The notes under the pieces were generated by a model. The model was not told where the DNA came from, made no database searches, and saw only the letters and a list, made by a program, of their open reading frames with translations. A stretch of DNA of 64,000 bases from positions 131,690,001-131,754,000 of the forward strand of contig NC_086097.1 in the NCBI RefSeq assembly GCF_963921235.1. Reading direction: 5' to 3'. Each line of letters starts with the position of its first letter. Position 1 is the stretch's first letter. Source of the DNA: Mobula hypostoma. Its lineage: Eukaryota. The position numbers and the translations under genes were made by a program. Shown here piece by piece: positions 1 to 13,019 of this stretch.

Positions 1-2305
1 GTGACATTGTGACATCACTGAGTTGTTGCTGAAAGAAATCATAGATGACAGCTCAACATCCAAGGATACATACTGTGTCAAAAGGCTGACAGAGAGGGAG
101 AAGTGGTGGGTGGCTCTGCTGGCAAAAGAATAAAATAAAATCCTTCGAAAGAAGTGATGAAGGATCAGAAGATGTAGAATCCTTATGTGTAGAATTAAGA
201 AACTGCAAGGGTAAAAAGACTTTGATAGATGTTATATACAAGCCTCCAAACAGCAACCAGGAAGTGGGATGCAAATTACAATGGGAGATAGAAAAAGCAT
301 GTAAAAATGGCAATGTTCTGAAAGTCATTGGGGATTTCAATACGCAGCTAAACTGGGAAAATCAGGTTGGTGCTCGTTCCTAAGAGCGGGAATTTGTAGA
401 ATGCCAGTGAGATGTATTTTCAGAGCACCTTCTGGTTGAGCCTACCAGGGGAAAGGCAATTCTGGATTGGGTGTTGTGTAATGAATCAGATTTGATTAGC
501 AAGTTTAAGGTAAAGGAACCCTTCAGAGACAGTGATCATAAATTCCTTAGAATTCGCCTTGCAGTTTGAGAGGGAGAAGCTAAAGTCAGTTATAGAAAAG
601 AGAGTGCATATAATACAACAAAAATTAGTGAAAGCTTTTAAAAACCAAGAGAAGGCAAAGAAAGAGTCATAAGGAGAGAAAAGATGCAAAATTAAAGAAA
701 TATGAATAAAACAAAAAAGGATACCAAAAGTTTTTTTCAGACATATAAAGAATAAAAGAGAGAAAGGTGTAGATATTTGTCCTCTGGAAAATGACACCAG
801 AGAGGTATAATGGGGGCCTAAGAAATGACGGGTGAACTTAATAAGTATTTTGTGTCAATCCTCACTGTGAAAGAAACCAACAGCATGCCAGAAATTCGTT
901 CGTGTCAAGGGGTAGAAATGAGTGTAATTGCTACTACTAAGAAGAAGATGCTCAGGAAGCTGAAAAGTCTGATGGTAGATATGTCATCTGGACCAGGTAG
1001 ACTACACCCCAGAGTTCTGAAAGAAGTATCTGATAAGTAGTGATTTTTCAAAAATCGCTAGATTCTGGAATAGTTTTAGAGGACTGGAAAAATGCAAATG
1101 TCACTCTACTCCTAAAGAATGGAGGGAGGCAGAAAAAAGGGAATTATAGGCCAGTTAGCCTGACTTGAGTAATTGGGAAGATGTTTGAATCCATTATTAA
1201 AAGTGAGGTTTTGGAATAAGCCAAAGTCAGTATGGTTTTCTTATGAGGACAACTTGCCTGACAAATCTGTTGGAACTATTTGAGCAAATAACAAGCAGGA
1301 TAGACAAAGGAGAGACAATGGATGTTGTTTACTTGTATTTTCAGGTCTTTGACAAGGTGCCACACATGAGGCTGCTTTACAAGTTAAGAGCTCATGGCAT
1401 TATGGGAAGGATACTAGCATGGATAGAAGATTGACTGACTGGGAGGATGCAAAGAGTGGGAATAAAGGGGATCGTTTCTAGTTTGCTGCTGGTGATTAGT
1501 AGTGTGCTGCAGGGATTGGTGTTGGGACCACTTCTTTTCATGTTATATGTCAATGATTTGGATGATGGAATTGATGGCTTTGTGGCCAAGTTTGAGGACA
1601 ATACGAAGGTAGGTGGAGGGACAGGTAGTGTTGAGGAAGTAGGGAGTATGTAGAAGGACTTGGACAGATTGGAAGGATGGGCAAAGATGTGGCAGATAGA
1701 ATATAGCGTAGGGAAGTGTATGGTTGTGCACTTTGGTAGAAGGAATAAAGATGTTGACTATTTTCTAAACAGGAAGAACATTCAAAAATCAGATGGGCAA
1801 AGAGGCTTGTGAAGAGACTTGTGCAATACTCCCTAAACGTTAACTTGCAGGTTCAGTGAAGGCAAATGCAATAATTTCAAGAGGATTATAAAACAGGAGC
1901 AAGGGTGTAATGCTAAGGTTTTACAAGGCATTGGTCAGAGTACTGTGACTTATCTAAAAAAATATGTGCTAGTGTTAGAGATTGTCCGGAGGAGTTTCAT
2001 GAGAATGATTCTGAGAATGAAAGGGCTAACATATGAAGAGCATTTGATGGCTCTGGGCCTGTACTCATGGGCATTTAGAAGGATGAGGAGGATCTCATTG
2101 AAGTCTATAGAGTATTCAAAGGACTAAATAAAGTGGATGTGGAGAGGATGTTTCCTGTAGTGAATGAGTCTCGGACCAGATGGCTCAACTTCAGAATAGA
2201 AGGATGTCCATTTATAGCAGAAATAAAGACACATTTCTTCAGTAATAGTGAATCTGTGGAATTCGTTGCTACAGGTGTCTGTGGAGGCCAAGTCATTCAG
2301 TATAT
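1..2305 (+). mobile_element. CR1-clade LINE, decayed ORF2 (APE endonuclease end plus RT), 5' segment; interrupted by a Penelope insertion
   Basis: Frameshifted motifs: GDFN (~330), SSGPGRLHPRVLKE, NYRPVSLT, CLTNLLELFE, FDKVPH, VLQGLVLGPLLF, KFEDNTK (decayed FADD). Many stops. Confidence 0.93.
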
Positions 2306-3522
2306 CCCCTTCTCGCAATTCCTCCGTCTTCGCCGCATCTGCTCTCAGGATGAGGCTTTTCATTCCAGGACGAGGGAGATGTCTTCCTTTTTTAAAGAAA
2401 GGGGCTTCCCTTCCTCTACCATCAACTCTGCTCTCAAACGCATCTCACCCATTTCACGCACATCTGCTCTCACTCCATCCTCCCGCCACCCCACTAGGAA
2501 TAGGGTTCCCCTGGTCCTCACCTACCACCCCACCAGCCTCCGGGTCCAACATATTATTCTCCATAACTTCCGCCACCTCCAACGGGATCCCACCACCAAG
2601 CACATCTTTCCTTCCCCCTCTCTCTCTGCTTTCCGCAGGGATCGCTTCCTACGCGACTCCCTTGTCCATTCGTCCCCCCCATCCCTCCCCACTGATCTCC
2701 CTCCTGGCACTTATCCTTGTAAGCGGAACAAGTGCTACACATGCCCTTACACTTCCTCCCTTACCACCATTCAGGGCCCCAGACAGTCCTTCCAGGTGAG
2801 GCTACACTTCACCTGTGAGTCGGCTGGGGTGATATACTGCGTCCGGTGCTCCCGATGTGGCCTTCTATATATTGGCGAGACCCGACGCAGACTGGGAGAC
2901 TGCTTTGCTGAACACCTACGTTCTGTCCGCCAGAGAAAGCAGGATCTCCCAGTGGCCACACATTTTAATTCCACATCCCATTCCCATTGTGACATGTCTA
3001 TCCACGGCCTCCTCTACTGTAAAGATGAAGCCACATTCAGGTTGGAGGAACAACACCTTATATTCCTTCTGGGTAGCCTTCTACCTGATGGCATGAACAT
3101 TGACTTCTCTAACTTCCACTAATGCCCCACCTCCCCCTCGTACCCAATCCGTTATTTATTTATAAACACACATTCTTTCTCTCTCTCTCCTTTTTCTCCC
3201 TCTGTCCCTCTGACTATACCCCTTGCCCATCCTCTGGGTTCCCCCCCCCACCCCCCCTTGTCTTTCTCCCCGTACCTCCTGTCCCATGATACTCTCATAT
3301 CCTCTTTGCCAATCACCTGTCCAGCTCTTGGCTCCATCCCTCCTCCTCCTGTCTTCTCCTATCATTTTGGATCTCCCCCTCCCCCTCCCACTTTCAAATC
3401 TCTTACTAACTCTTCCTTCAGTTAGTCCTGACGAAGGGTCTCGGCCTGAAACGTCGACTGTACCTCTTCCTAGAGATGCTGCCTGGCCTGCTGCGTTCAC
3501 CAGCAACTTTGATGTGTGTTGC
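2306..3522 (+). mobile_element. Penelope-like element (Neptune-like), 5'-truncated young copy 1
   Basis: Open frame IPFSQFLRLRRICS...YPCKRNKCYTC...VIYCVRCSRCGLLYIGET...HFN...GMN (RT thumb, Cys linker, GIY-YIG), stop at 3120-3122. Flanked by 8-bp TSD CAGTATAT (2298-2305 and 3523-3530). Confidence 0.95.
3424..3459 (+). ncRNA. Minimal type I hammerhead ribozyme motif in the Penelope 3' repeat
   Basis: AGTC CTGACGA A GGGT-CTCG-GCCT GAAA CGTC GACT: both catalytic boxes, stem I AGTC/GACT, stem II, palindromic ACGT at stem III. Predicted cleavage after C3455. Confidence 0.85.
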
Positions 3523-3691
3523 CAGTATATTTATAGCTGAGGTTGATAAATCCTTGATTGGACAGGGCACCAAAGGTTACAGGGAAAAAGCAGTAGAATG
3601 GGATTGACAGGAAAAATAAATCAGCCACGATGGAATGGTAGATCAGACTTGATGGGGTGAATAGCCTAATTGTCCTTTGCTCTTATGGTCT
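3523..3691 (+). mobile_element. CR1 LINE 3' end, continuation of 1-2305
   Basis: Joins the upstream CR1 across the TSD (GCCAAGTCATTCAGTATATTTATAGCTGAGG); ends in a CTTATGGTC tail like the CR1 at 51590-52016. Confidence 0.85.
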
Positions 3692-3814
3692 CTGACTTTG
3701 TGAAGATTTTACTGGAGCATACAAAATTCTGACTGGGGTTGACTGTGTAGATCTTGTGAGGATCTTCCCCCTTGTGGAATATGTGAGGGAATACTCTCCA
3801 ATTTTCTGGAAGAG

Positions 3815-4250
3815 TATTGCTTCAACAACACTCAAGAAGCTCAACACCATATAGGACATGGCAGCCTACTAATAGCATCCTATCCACAACTATTCGCTTC
3901 CTCCACTCTGGATGCACATTAAGCAGCAGTCTGGATCATCTAAGGATGTCCTGCAGCAGCGCACTTCGCAAATTCACAGCAGCAGCCAGCTAACAGATCA
4001 TAGACGGCAAACACATAGGGAACACCATCCCCTGGAATTTGCTCTCCAAGCCATAGGCCATCCTTGACTTGAAAATTGATCACCATTCCTACAGTATCAC
4101 TGTGTCATAATCCTGGAACTCCCTCAATAGCAGCATTAAGGTTTTACCCACAGCTCATTGGCTGCAGTGGTTCAAGAAGGGAGCACATTACCACCTTCCC
4201 AAGGGCAACTAAATGCTGGCTCAACTTGTGAAACCCCCATGTCTTAAATG
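3815..4250 (+). mobile_element. Old LINE (CR1/L2-like) ORF2 C-terminus and 3' UTR remnant
   Basis: Decayed ASTTLKKLNTI-type coding followed by a ...CAAGGGCAACTAAATGCTGGC tail; family assignment from recalled consensus. Confidence 0.55.
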
Positions 4251-4494
4251 AATATATTGTTTGAAAATCAGAAGAAAATGTCACCTGTTTAAATCTGAAT
4301 TGGGAGGAAGTTCTTCTCTCAGAGGTAGTTAGTATTTGGAATTTTCGGTCCTGAAAGTTTGTGGTTACAAATTTACTGAGTATATTCATGACTGAGCTTT
4401 TAATATAGGGAACCAAGGATAGTTCTGATTCTGCTGGAGAATAATGTGTAGGTCAGTGGTCAGATAAGAGAGCATTTTGATGAATGGCAGAGGA

Positions 4495-4748
4495 CGTTGG
4501 TACAGAGGAGATGTCAGGGGTAAGTTTTTTACACAGAGGGTGGTGAGTGCGTGGGATGGGCTGCCTGTGGCAGTGGTGGAGGTGGAAATGATAGGGTCTT
4601 TTAAGAGACTCCTGGATGGCTACATGGGGCTTAGAAAAATAGAGGACGATGGGTAAAGCCTAGGTAGTTCTCAGGTAGGGATATGTTGGGCACAGCTTTG
4701 TGGGCCGAAGGGCCTGTATTGTGCTGTAGGTTTTCTATGTTTCTATGT
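4495..4748 (+). mobile_element. CR1 3'-terminal fragment
   Basis: FFTQRVVSAWDGLP...FKRLLD motif and TTTCTATG-repeat tail; same subfamily as 27431-27666. Confidence 0.85.
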
Positions 4749-6139
4749 TAAGTACAAGGGACTGCATGGCTCAAATATTCTTGACCCCTCCTGATATATC
4801 CACTGATTTTCATTTCAGCTAGAAGCATCCAATTAGGCCAAAATGAGGATCAAACTCAAATTACTTGAATCTATCATCACTGGGTACATATAAAACTTGC
4901 CAATGGTTAATCCCTGAGAATACTGGCCCGAGAATCACATGGGGAATCTGCTGTTTTCAGGTAGCCCAACAATTACGATCTTTGCCTGCTAGTTTTGCGA
5001 CAGGAGTCAGAACTGATGCTCTATTCATGCAGTGAAATAAATTCCAGAACAAAATACTTCTAAAATGATTGTAGTTTAAGTCTTTGATTCTTTTGTGAGG
5101 AAACAAAAGCTCTTGATGGATTAATATGACCCACTTAGTATTTGAATCCAATGGCAATTGGAGCTGTTACTGTTGAACAAGTGAATCAAAAAGAAAATTG
5201 AATCTTATCAGGGTGTACCATGGTAGAAAAGATTGAGGCATTGAAATGGTATATGGTGAAAGAAAAGGACAGCGGAGACTTGAGAACAACACAACCACTT
5301 GAAATGTTTAAGGTTCTCTTCCTATACTTTTCAGACTTTCAATCACTAACTCCAGTTCTCAGAGTCATATAACCTAGAAATGGGCCCTCAGTCAACTAAG
5401 TCCATATCAACTACCAAGTACTTTACACTAAACTTACTCTAATGCCAGTCTATTTTCTTCACACTTGCTTTGGGTCTGACTATTTGGTCAAGTTTTTTGG
5501 TAAAAGCTCCTGCAATAGCTTGGTTTTACTATTCTGTAATAACTCTTGTGAAGAACCTTGGGGTAATTTATTTATCAAAGGCTTCAAACAGATGCAAGTT
5601 ATTGTTAAAGGGGTATAAATTGCCTCAGTTATCCAACACAACCAAGGGCTTGACAGCAGTGACAGGAGTGAGGTGTAATATCTGAAACAGAACCTTTATC
5701 TTTGTTGTTCACTCTGATGAGTGGTGGTTCAATCAAGAACCTCTATGTGTCTCTCTGGTGTAATTTTAATGGCCAAAACGGCAGCCTTAATTTTAACCAC
5801 ATTTGGAAGCTTACACAATGATCATTCAGTGCTGAAGATTACAAAGGATTCAACTATTACTTAATTGTGGCCACGTGGACTCTTATCATAAGTGACCTCT
5901 TTGATCTGGTCCTAAACTGCTAAGACTGTCTCCAAGGCCATCTGTTTCTATTGCTGATGTATACTAACATATGTATGTCACATGTACTGTCAGCTTTTTT
6001 ATTGAACATTTTCCTTTGATCCATTGAATGATGTAATCAGATCAGTAGTATAGCCTCCTTAAAATTCCTACAAAGAATGTTATCTCTCATAAGTGCACAA
6101 GAGATCCTTTGGGACAATTATCCAATTCCAACCAAACCC

Positions 6140-6240
6140 AGTCCAGATGAAGGGTCTCAACCTGAAATACTGACTCTCCATTTTCCTCTGTAGATGCTGC
6201 TTGACCCCTTGAGTTCATACAGTTCTTTGTGTGTCACTGC
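6140..6240 (+). repeat. Short Penelope 3'-repeat derivative with decayed hammerhead
   Basis: AGTC CAGATGA AGGGTCTCAACCT GAAA TACT GACT followed by GATGCTGCTTGACC...GAGTTC. An opposite-strand tail fragment follows at ~6288-6346. Confidence 0.75.
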
Positions 6241-6734
6241 CTCCACCCACTCATTTTAACGTTTAGTCTCCAACATATCCTATTGACAAGCAACACACAC
6301 AAAATGCTGGTGGAACGCAGCAGACCAGGCAGCATCTATAGGAAGATCTAAAGGTTTTGGAATTCCCAAAAAGAGATGTCAAAGTTGCTAGATAAATGAA
6401 TATCTTTTTATTCTTCTCAAGCTATTGGTCACTGTGCTAACAATATGCCCTTGCTATGTTTTCCTCTGCTGTGGAAGATAAATAAAATCTAAACATTTTG
6501 TTCCATTTACAGGAACACCAACTTGCCACTTAACTTTCGCTTCAATCTTTTTCTCGTACCAAGTTTACACCTTGGATATCTTCAAAATATTTTTGCATAG
6601 CGTTGCGATGAATATATTGATATACCTTTGGTACACTTCCTAATTTCCTAATTAAATTGACTTGGTGTCACTAATGGATCAATAGATGTGATTGATTCCT
6701 GATGAACTCTGTGAGGTAACTGTAGCAAACTTGC

Positions 6735-6960
6735 CAACCTCAGGATGTCCCAAAGCACTTTACAGCCAAGGAGGTACTTCTGAAGTGTGGTCACCATGGT
6801 GATATGGAAAACAGCACAGTCAGTAACACTGTCAAACTTCCAACAGTTTCCACTCTGAGGTTTTCAGGAATCCCCCACAAATAACAACATGATAATCACC
6901 AATCATTTAGCTTTTTAAATGATTTTGGATTAAGGATAAATATTAGTTACAATTCCATCA
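6735..6960 (-). mobile_element. Deu-domain SINE remnant (AmnSINE1/SacSINE1-like)
   Basis: Reverse complement resembles the recalled consensus AATATTTATCC...CACTTC...GGCTGTAAAGYGCTTTGGGAYGTCCTGAGG. Confidence 0.6.
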
Positions 6961-7679
6961 GATCAGGAATACAGGATCATTGAGGACAGAGAGAGAGAGC
7001 TAGTGACATCTGCCACAGTTCCAAGCTCTGAAACTCCCTTCCTGAAGCCATCTGCCCCCTGCCCCTTCCTTTAAGACCTTCTATTTTGGCCAAGAATTTT
7101 TTTGTCATTTCCTTTTACCTCTCTTTATGTAACTTGGCAATAGTGTTTGTTTGCAAATGTCTCTGTTTGGATTTTCAGCTCAGATGTTGAGCTCAAATTC
7201 TAGATTGAGTCTCGAACCTGTAGTTTTATTTCATCTACTTCATGGTGGGTGAAGACGATTTAAGAAAGGGAATGATTCACAACAGTGTCGATGGTATTTT
7301 CTTGTTTACTTTATCAAACTTTCTATGTTCTTTTCCAAAGCTTGTAAATCAGAGCTGTGAGAATACAGCATCAGTTTAATTAGGATATCATTTGGAGTTT
7401 GACAGTGTTGCTTTAGTGGCAGGCTCTTAATATAATTGCACTAGGGAATTTCACTTAATTTACATGATTTCATGTGATGTTTCATTAAACAGATTAATTT
7501 ACAATTGCTAACAACTGTACATGCACAAGGGCTGCCACTGATTTTATCTCCTCTCTCATTTAAAATTGCTTATTTCAAAAAGGGGGCAGGTTATTATGAA
7601 TAGAAAACTAAAATTCTGCAGATACTAAAAGTCTGAAATTTTTAAAAAAACAGAAAATGTTGTAAATACTCAGGACTAT

Positions 7680-8140
7680 TTATGGAGAGAAAGTTGAGAG
7701 GGGGCTAAATTTAAAGAAGATCTGGAGAATAAAGCTTTTCACACAGAAGGTGATGAATATCTGGATCATGCCGCCAGAGGAGTTACTAGGGGCGGTTGAT
7801 ATTACAACTTTAAAAGGAATTTGGCAGATAACTTGAAAAGGGAAGGAGTAGAGGGGTGTGGGCCTAATGCAAACAAATAGGATTAGCATCAGAAATAACT
7901 CGGAAAATGTGTAGCTCCGGTGGTTGATGGTCGGGTTAAGTTGTTCTCCGATATTAGCAATCCATTTGCAAATGTTTCGTCACGATGAGATCTCCTCGTA
8001 GGGTGATGAAATACTTGCAAACCGATTGCCAAGATTGGAGGACTACTCAACTCAATCAGTATTAGCATTGATAGCCATCATGGTCAGTATAAACGAGATG
8101 GCTCTACAGGGCCGATTCTGTGCTGTAGGTTTCTATGATT
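7680..8140 (+). mobile_element. CR1 3' fragment carrying an internal palindromic insertion
   Basis: FTQKVMNIW...LP-like motif, GGGCCGATTCTGTGCTGTA...TTCTATGATT tail. Confidence 0.7.
7890..8060. mobile_element. Short palindromic insertion with 8-bp TSD, probably from a second Penelope-type family
   Basis: TSD ATTAGCAT at 7882-7889 and 8061-8068. Arms ~7925-7983 and ~8003-8058 are imperfect inverted repeats, each starting GTGAYGAAA. Confidence 0.7.
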
Positions 8141-8877
8141 CCAGATAAATGGAGTTAATGATTCACATCAATTGTCTTTAATCAGTACTGAGAAAAGTTT
8201 GAAATCAAACAAATCCTAAGTCATGGAAAAGGGAGTGGGAGGGTGGGGGGTGGGGAGAATTGTCTGCAACAGAGTGGGAGACCAAGAGAAAACAAACAAC
8301 ACAAGTGGTGTTGATCGGGCTTGTTAAGAGACATTAGGGAGAACTCACTACCTGAAGTCTTGAAGAAGTGTAAATACAGGAAGACGAGTGGAAAAATGGG
8401 AAGAAGAGAAACAAAACATGTTATGGAAATCCGTGTTTTAAAAAATACTTTGTAGAAGCAAACCCCTGCAGATGGAATAGATACAGAATTTGTATCTGGG
8501 TATTACAAATTGTGTAAATCCTTTGAAGAGTGGGAAGCTTATGGCATTGTTTTCAATGCAACTGATGGCATCACAGCGAGATGATAGTCACTGCACATCA
8601 ACTCTGCTGCAGTGATGGATTGACGGATTAATGTTGATAGTGGGAAGCTCACTGTGGTAACTTCAGTCTTGTACAAGGGATGCCATTGTTGCAATCAGGT
8701 GCAGGAAGTGAAGTTCGGTGGTTCTTAGAGAGCTGACATTCAGAATTGGGTAAAAGTTCTCATGTTGTAATTTCCCAGTGTGTCTCAGTGAGATGTTCCC
8801 CTTTGAAAAAGCTACACTGACTGTGTAAACCAAGGAATTGTCTTAAAGCCAAGTATAACTTAGAGGGAGAAACAGAT

Positions 8878-9200
8878 GATCTGCTAGAGTAATTCAATGG
8901 GCCAAGCAGCATCTGTGTGAAGAAAGGAATTGTTGATGTTTTGGGTCAAATCATGCATTAAACTGAAAACAGAGATGGAAGGTAACTAGTATAAAGAGGA
9001 AAGGGGGAGTTGTGCAGCAGGAGTCCAAAGTGATTGGTGGACCACAGAGGAGTGAAAGATGAAAAGCAGGTAGTGCCTGGTAGAGGAGGAAAGTTAGAAG
9101 ACAATGGTGGGTGGGTGATAGATGGAGGCAGACAAAGATAAAAAAATGTGAGCCAGATGGAGTGAGGTGGGAGTATGAAGGTTGAAGACAGTTGCTGGAA
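8878..9200 (-). repeat. Old Penelope 3' repeat remnant
   Basis: GCAGCATCTGTG...TTGATGTTTTGGGTCAAA then a purine-rich tract; same layout as 19969-20400. Confidence 0.55.
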
Positions 9201-9519
9201 GGAGATAGCTTAAAGGGCCATGGGTAACTGGTATCTCTTAAGACCAGTGTGTGGTGTGATGACAATAGTTGCTGGCATCCTGAAGACTGGATATTATCTA
9301 TTCATTGAACCAGTGAATCATAAGCTACTGTGCATAAGTCTTAGGTATATGTACATAGGGTGCCTAAGACTTCTGCACAATACTGTGAAGCCAACATTTA
9401 TTGGCCTTTCCTACTTGTTCTGGTAAATGTGTTGGTGGGACCACTGTAGTCACTCACTGTGTGCATAGAGCATTGTTGGGTGGAGTGTTTTATGAATCTG
9501 TTCCAATTGAGTTGATATT

Positions 9520-10070
9520 GATAATTGGTTTATTTTTGCCACATACTGAGATACAGTGAAAAGCTTTGATTTGAATGCCATCCATACAGATCATCTCATT
9601 ACAAAAGTTTATTAAGGTAGTATAAGGGAAAAATAGTCACAGAATGCAGAATATAGTACTAGAGTTAGAAATAAATCGCAGTGCAGGCAGACAATAAGAC
9701 ACAAGAGTCATGATGAGGAGGATACAATAGGATTATAACAATGGGATAGAAGCTGTCCTTGAATTTGGTGGTTTATGTTTTCAAGCTTTGAATCTTCAGC
9801 CCATTTGGAAAGGAAGAGAATAGAGAATGTCTGGGTTGGTGGGGATGCAGTCTTTGATTATATCGACTGCTTTCCTGAGGCAGTGGGAAGTGAGACAGAA
9901 TCTATGGAGGGCAGGTTAGTTTTAGCGATGGACTGAATGGTCTTCACAGCTCTGCAATTTCTTGTTGGATTGGGCAGAATAGTTACCATACCAAGCTGTG
10001 ATGCATCTGGATAGGATGCTTTCTATGGTGCAACTATAAAAACTGGCGAAGGTCAATGGGGACATGCCGA
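9520..10070 (-). mobile_element. Rex1/Babar-like LINE 3' end remnant
   Basis: Reverse complement reads IESILSRCITAWYGNYS; 3' UTR shared with ~22245-22345 and ~23315-23670. Confidence 0.65.
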
Positions 10071-10074
10071 TTTT

Positions 10075-10280
10075 AATAGAACGAGTAACATAGAATAGAG
10101 CAGCACAGGAACAGGCCCTTTGATCTACAATGTTGTGTCAAATTAATTATATTGGCAAATAAATAGCTAACTAAGTGAATTCAATCTGCCTATACAATGT
10201 CTGTATCCCCTCTTTCTCTGCAAATTCATATGCCTATCCAAAAGCTTCTTAAACGTTTTTGTCTTATTTGCTTCTATACC
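10075..10280 (-). mobile_element. CR1 3' end
   Basis: TFKKLLDRHMN on the minus strand; CATAGAA tail. Confidence 0.7.
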
Positions 10281-13019
10281 ACCTCCAGCAAATCCACAGC
10301 CAGGGGTGATAATGGAATTAGATATGGTAAAGTATATCCTACGGTATTTCATTAGCCTTATGAGAAAGTAGAGGTATTAGTATGCACTGTATGGTCTTGC
10401 CTAGCACCCCATGGTTTTGTCCTAGCAGGTGGTCGCAGGTGAAGCTTTATAAAGTTGCCTGTTTAATCTTCTTGATAACCTGCCTCCAGAGTTACTCCAG
10501 AATTAGAAGGTTTAGGGTTTGTGAATTTCTATCACATTCTCAAGGCGTTGGAGCAAACCCATTTCATGCTCAACCAGACAAAAAGCAATTTAGTTAATAG
10601 CAGGCAGTGGAGCATTGCATGCGGGATTTAGATGAGTGCGAATATGGGTTTGGAATGATGATAGGTTCAAGAATACTCCTGGGGTTGAAAATGAAGTGGG
10701 TATAGAGGAGATTCACCAGTATACTGCTGAGGATGGAAAGTTTTGAGTATGAAGAGATGCTGGACATGTTTTCCTTGGGACAAAGCAGATAGGGAAGGGA
10801 CTTGAGTGATGTATATTAGATTATGAGGAACATAGATTTGGTGTTTCTCAGCAGTAGAAGTGTCCATAACCAGGCAGCACATGTAAACCCTAGGAGAAAT
10901 TTAAGGATTCTGAGAAGGCGGATAAAATCTGCTATGTACTAACTGAAGCGCTGGGGGAAACATGTAAGAAGTATCTAAACAAACAAATCACCAAGGCTTA
11001 GTAGACAACAAAGTATTGGGAAAGAAATTTAGCACGCTTCTGCTCTGTCATCAGATTTCTGAATGGTCCATGAATCCATGAACACTTATTATTCCTTCTT
11101 TTTACATTCATTACTTATATTTTTCATTTAGAGTAATTTTATGTCTTTGCACTGAAATGCCATGTAAGTCAGCTCTAATGAACCTGATTCTGATTCCGAT
11201 CTTTATGATATGGGAGGAAGCTGGACACTTAGAAGAAACCAACAGGGAGTCTTCACACAGGCAGCACCCGAGGTCAGAATTGAACATGAATCTCTGGAGC
11301 TTTGAGGCAGTGGTGCTACTAACTGTTCCTCCATCCTGTTGAAAACTCAGCGATGATTTAAGTTCTGTAGGGAGTGAAGTAGCTAATGAGGGTGCTGCAG
11401 ACCCTGGGCCGGGTACAGCAGGATTCTTTGGGTGGGCAGCTTGTGAGGCAGTACTCTCCCGCCTTCCTTTATGTGTGTCCCTAATGCATGGACTTCAGGT
11501 TCGCAGTGTAGCTCCGAAGGCTCCACCTTCACTTTGAATGGGAATAAGTCCGGAATTCCCAAGAGTTAGTAGGGATGTTATGGGTTTTTAAGCAGGCCTT
11601 GAGAACATCATTAAAGTGCTTCTTCTCCAGCAGACCTCAGAGTGTCCGTTTCAGAAGTCTGCTATTGAGAGTCAATAATTTGTCCTGTCCATTGGAGCTG
11701 ACTATGCTAATTGGAAATTTGGTGCTGGCTAAGTTAGTCTGAGAAAGGCTATTATAGCCAGTTATTTAGATTCAGATTCACTTCCTGAATTTAGTGTTAA
11801 AAGCTCACCCACACCTTTGCTTTATTTAATTTGCACTGAAGTGCAGTTCTTTGTACAAGATTGAGTTACTAACACAATACATTTGTGATGCAACATTCAA
11901 AATATGATATTTATAAATAGGTTAATTTTGAAATCTGAAGCTAAGCAAGTCTTTTGTTGTGGTGTGAGGATGTGAAAACTAGCAGGAAGGAAGTAGACGA
12001 GACAGACACTTCTGCCACTGTTGGACATATGCCAACATGGTACAAATGAAAGCCTCCCAAAGCTGGAAAACATTGGCTCTGGTTGAGTGCATGCCTATCA
12101 CAAAGAAGGAAGTGGTTGTGCTGAACATGGAAAGTAAGTATGGTGACCTTGAGTTAACTGGAGTTCCCTCATTTTGACCTCTTTTCATGACACATTTAAT
12201 GTAAGGACTTCAACTTAGTAATATTTCCTAGTTGAGAGAGGGAGGAGAGGAAATTTCTTCTGTCCAAGGGTTGAGAACCTTTGTGATTGTCCATTCCAGA
12301 GTGTTGAATCAGTGTTGATAGATTTCTGGATGACAAGGATATCAGAAGTTGTGGAACTGGACAGGAATACAGAGCCAAGGTTAAAGAACGGAACCCCCAA
12401 AGTCTTACTAAATGACAGTGAAGGTTCAAGGTCTGTGTGATCACATCTGCTCCTGATTTTTAGTTCCTTATGATTTAAGCAGCATAGACATGTTTTTAAT
12501 ATACAAACTGATTGCCACCTGGTGGATATTTTATTCTCTTCGACCATACTATACAGATAGCAACATGTTATAAAATGCCTGTGCAGTTAACAAAGCTGAG
12601 GCATATCATTCTATGACCTATCACCATTCATTTTACCTCAGTCATTCAATCCAGATGAAGAATCTTGACCCCAGGTGTTGACTGTCCTTCTCCCTCCACA
12701 AACGCTGCCTGACCTATCAAGTTCTTCCAGCCTGTTGTTAGCTACACCACCCCACCGACCACCATTCTATCTTCTACCCAGCGTCTGTTAACTCATTCCT
12801 AAGGTTGGCAAGGCCAGTGTTCATTGTCTATTGCATTGGCCCTTGAGGAGGTGCTAGTGAGCCAATGTCTTCCACCAGTGTTGTACTTCTAGTGAAGATG
12901 TTCTCACAGTGTTGTAGGGGAGGGAGTTGCAGGATTTCCAGTGAAGCATTGACCTGTTTTGATCATTGAGCACACATTTATTCTCATTCTATAGTATTCC
13001 AATTTGATTCACTTTACCT

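Noticed and set aside
3156..3540. ORFs repeated at 19889-20356 that look like a conserved small protein
   Set aside because: They are open frames across the non-coding Penelope 3' repeat; the similarity reflects copy identity.
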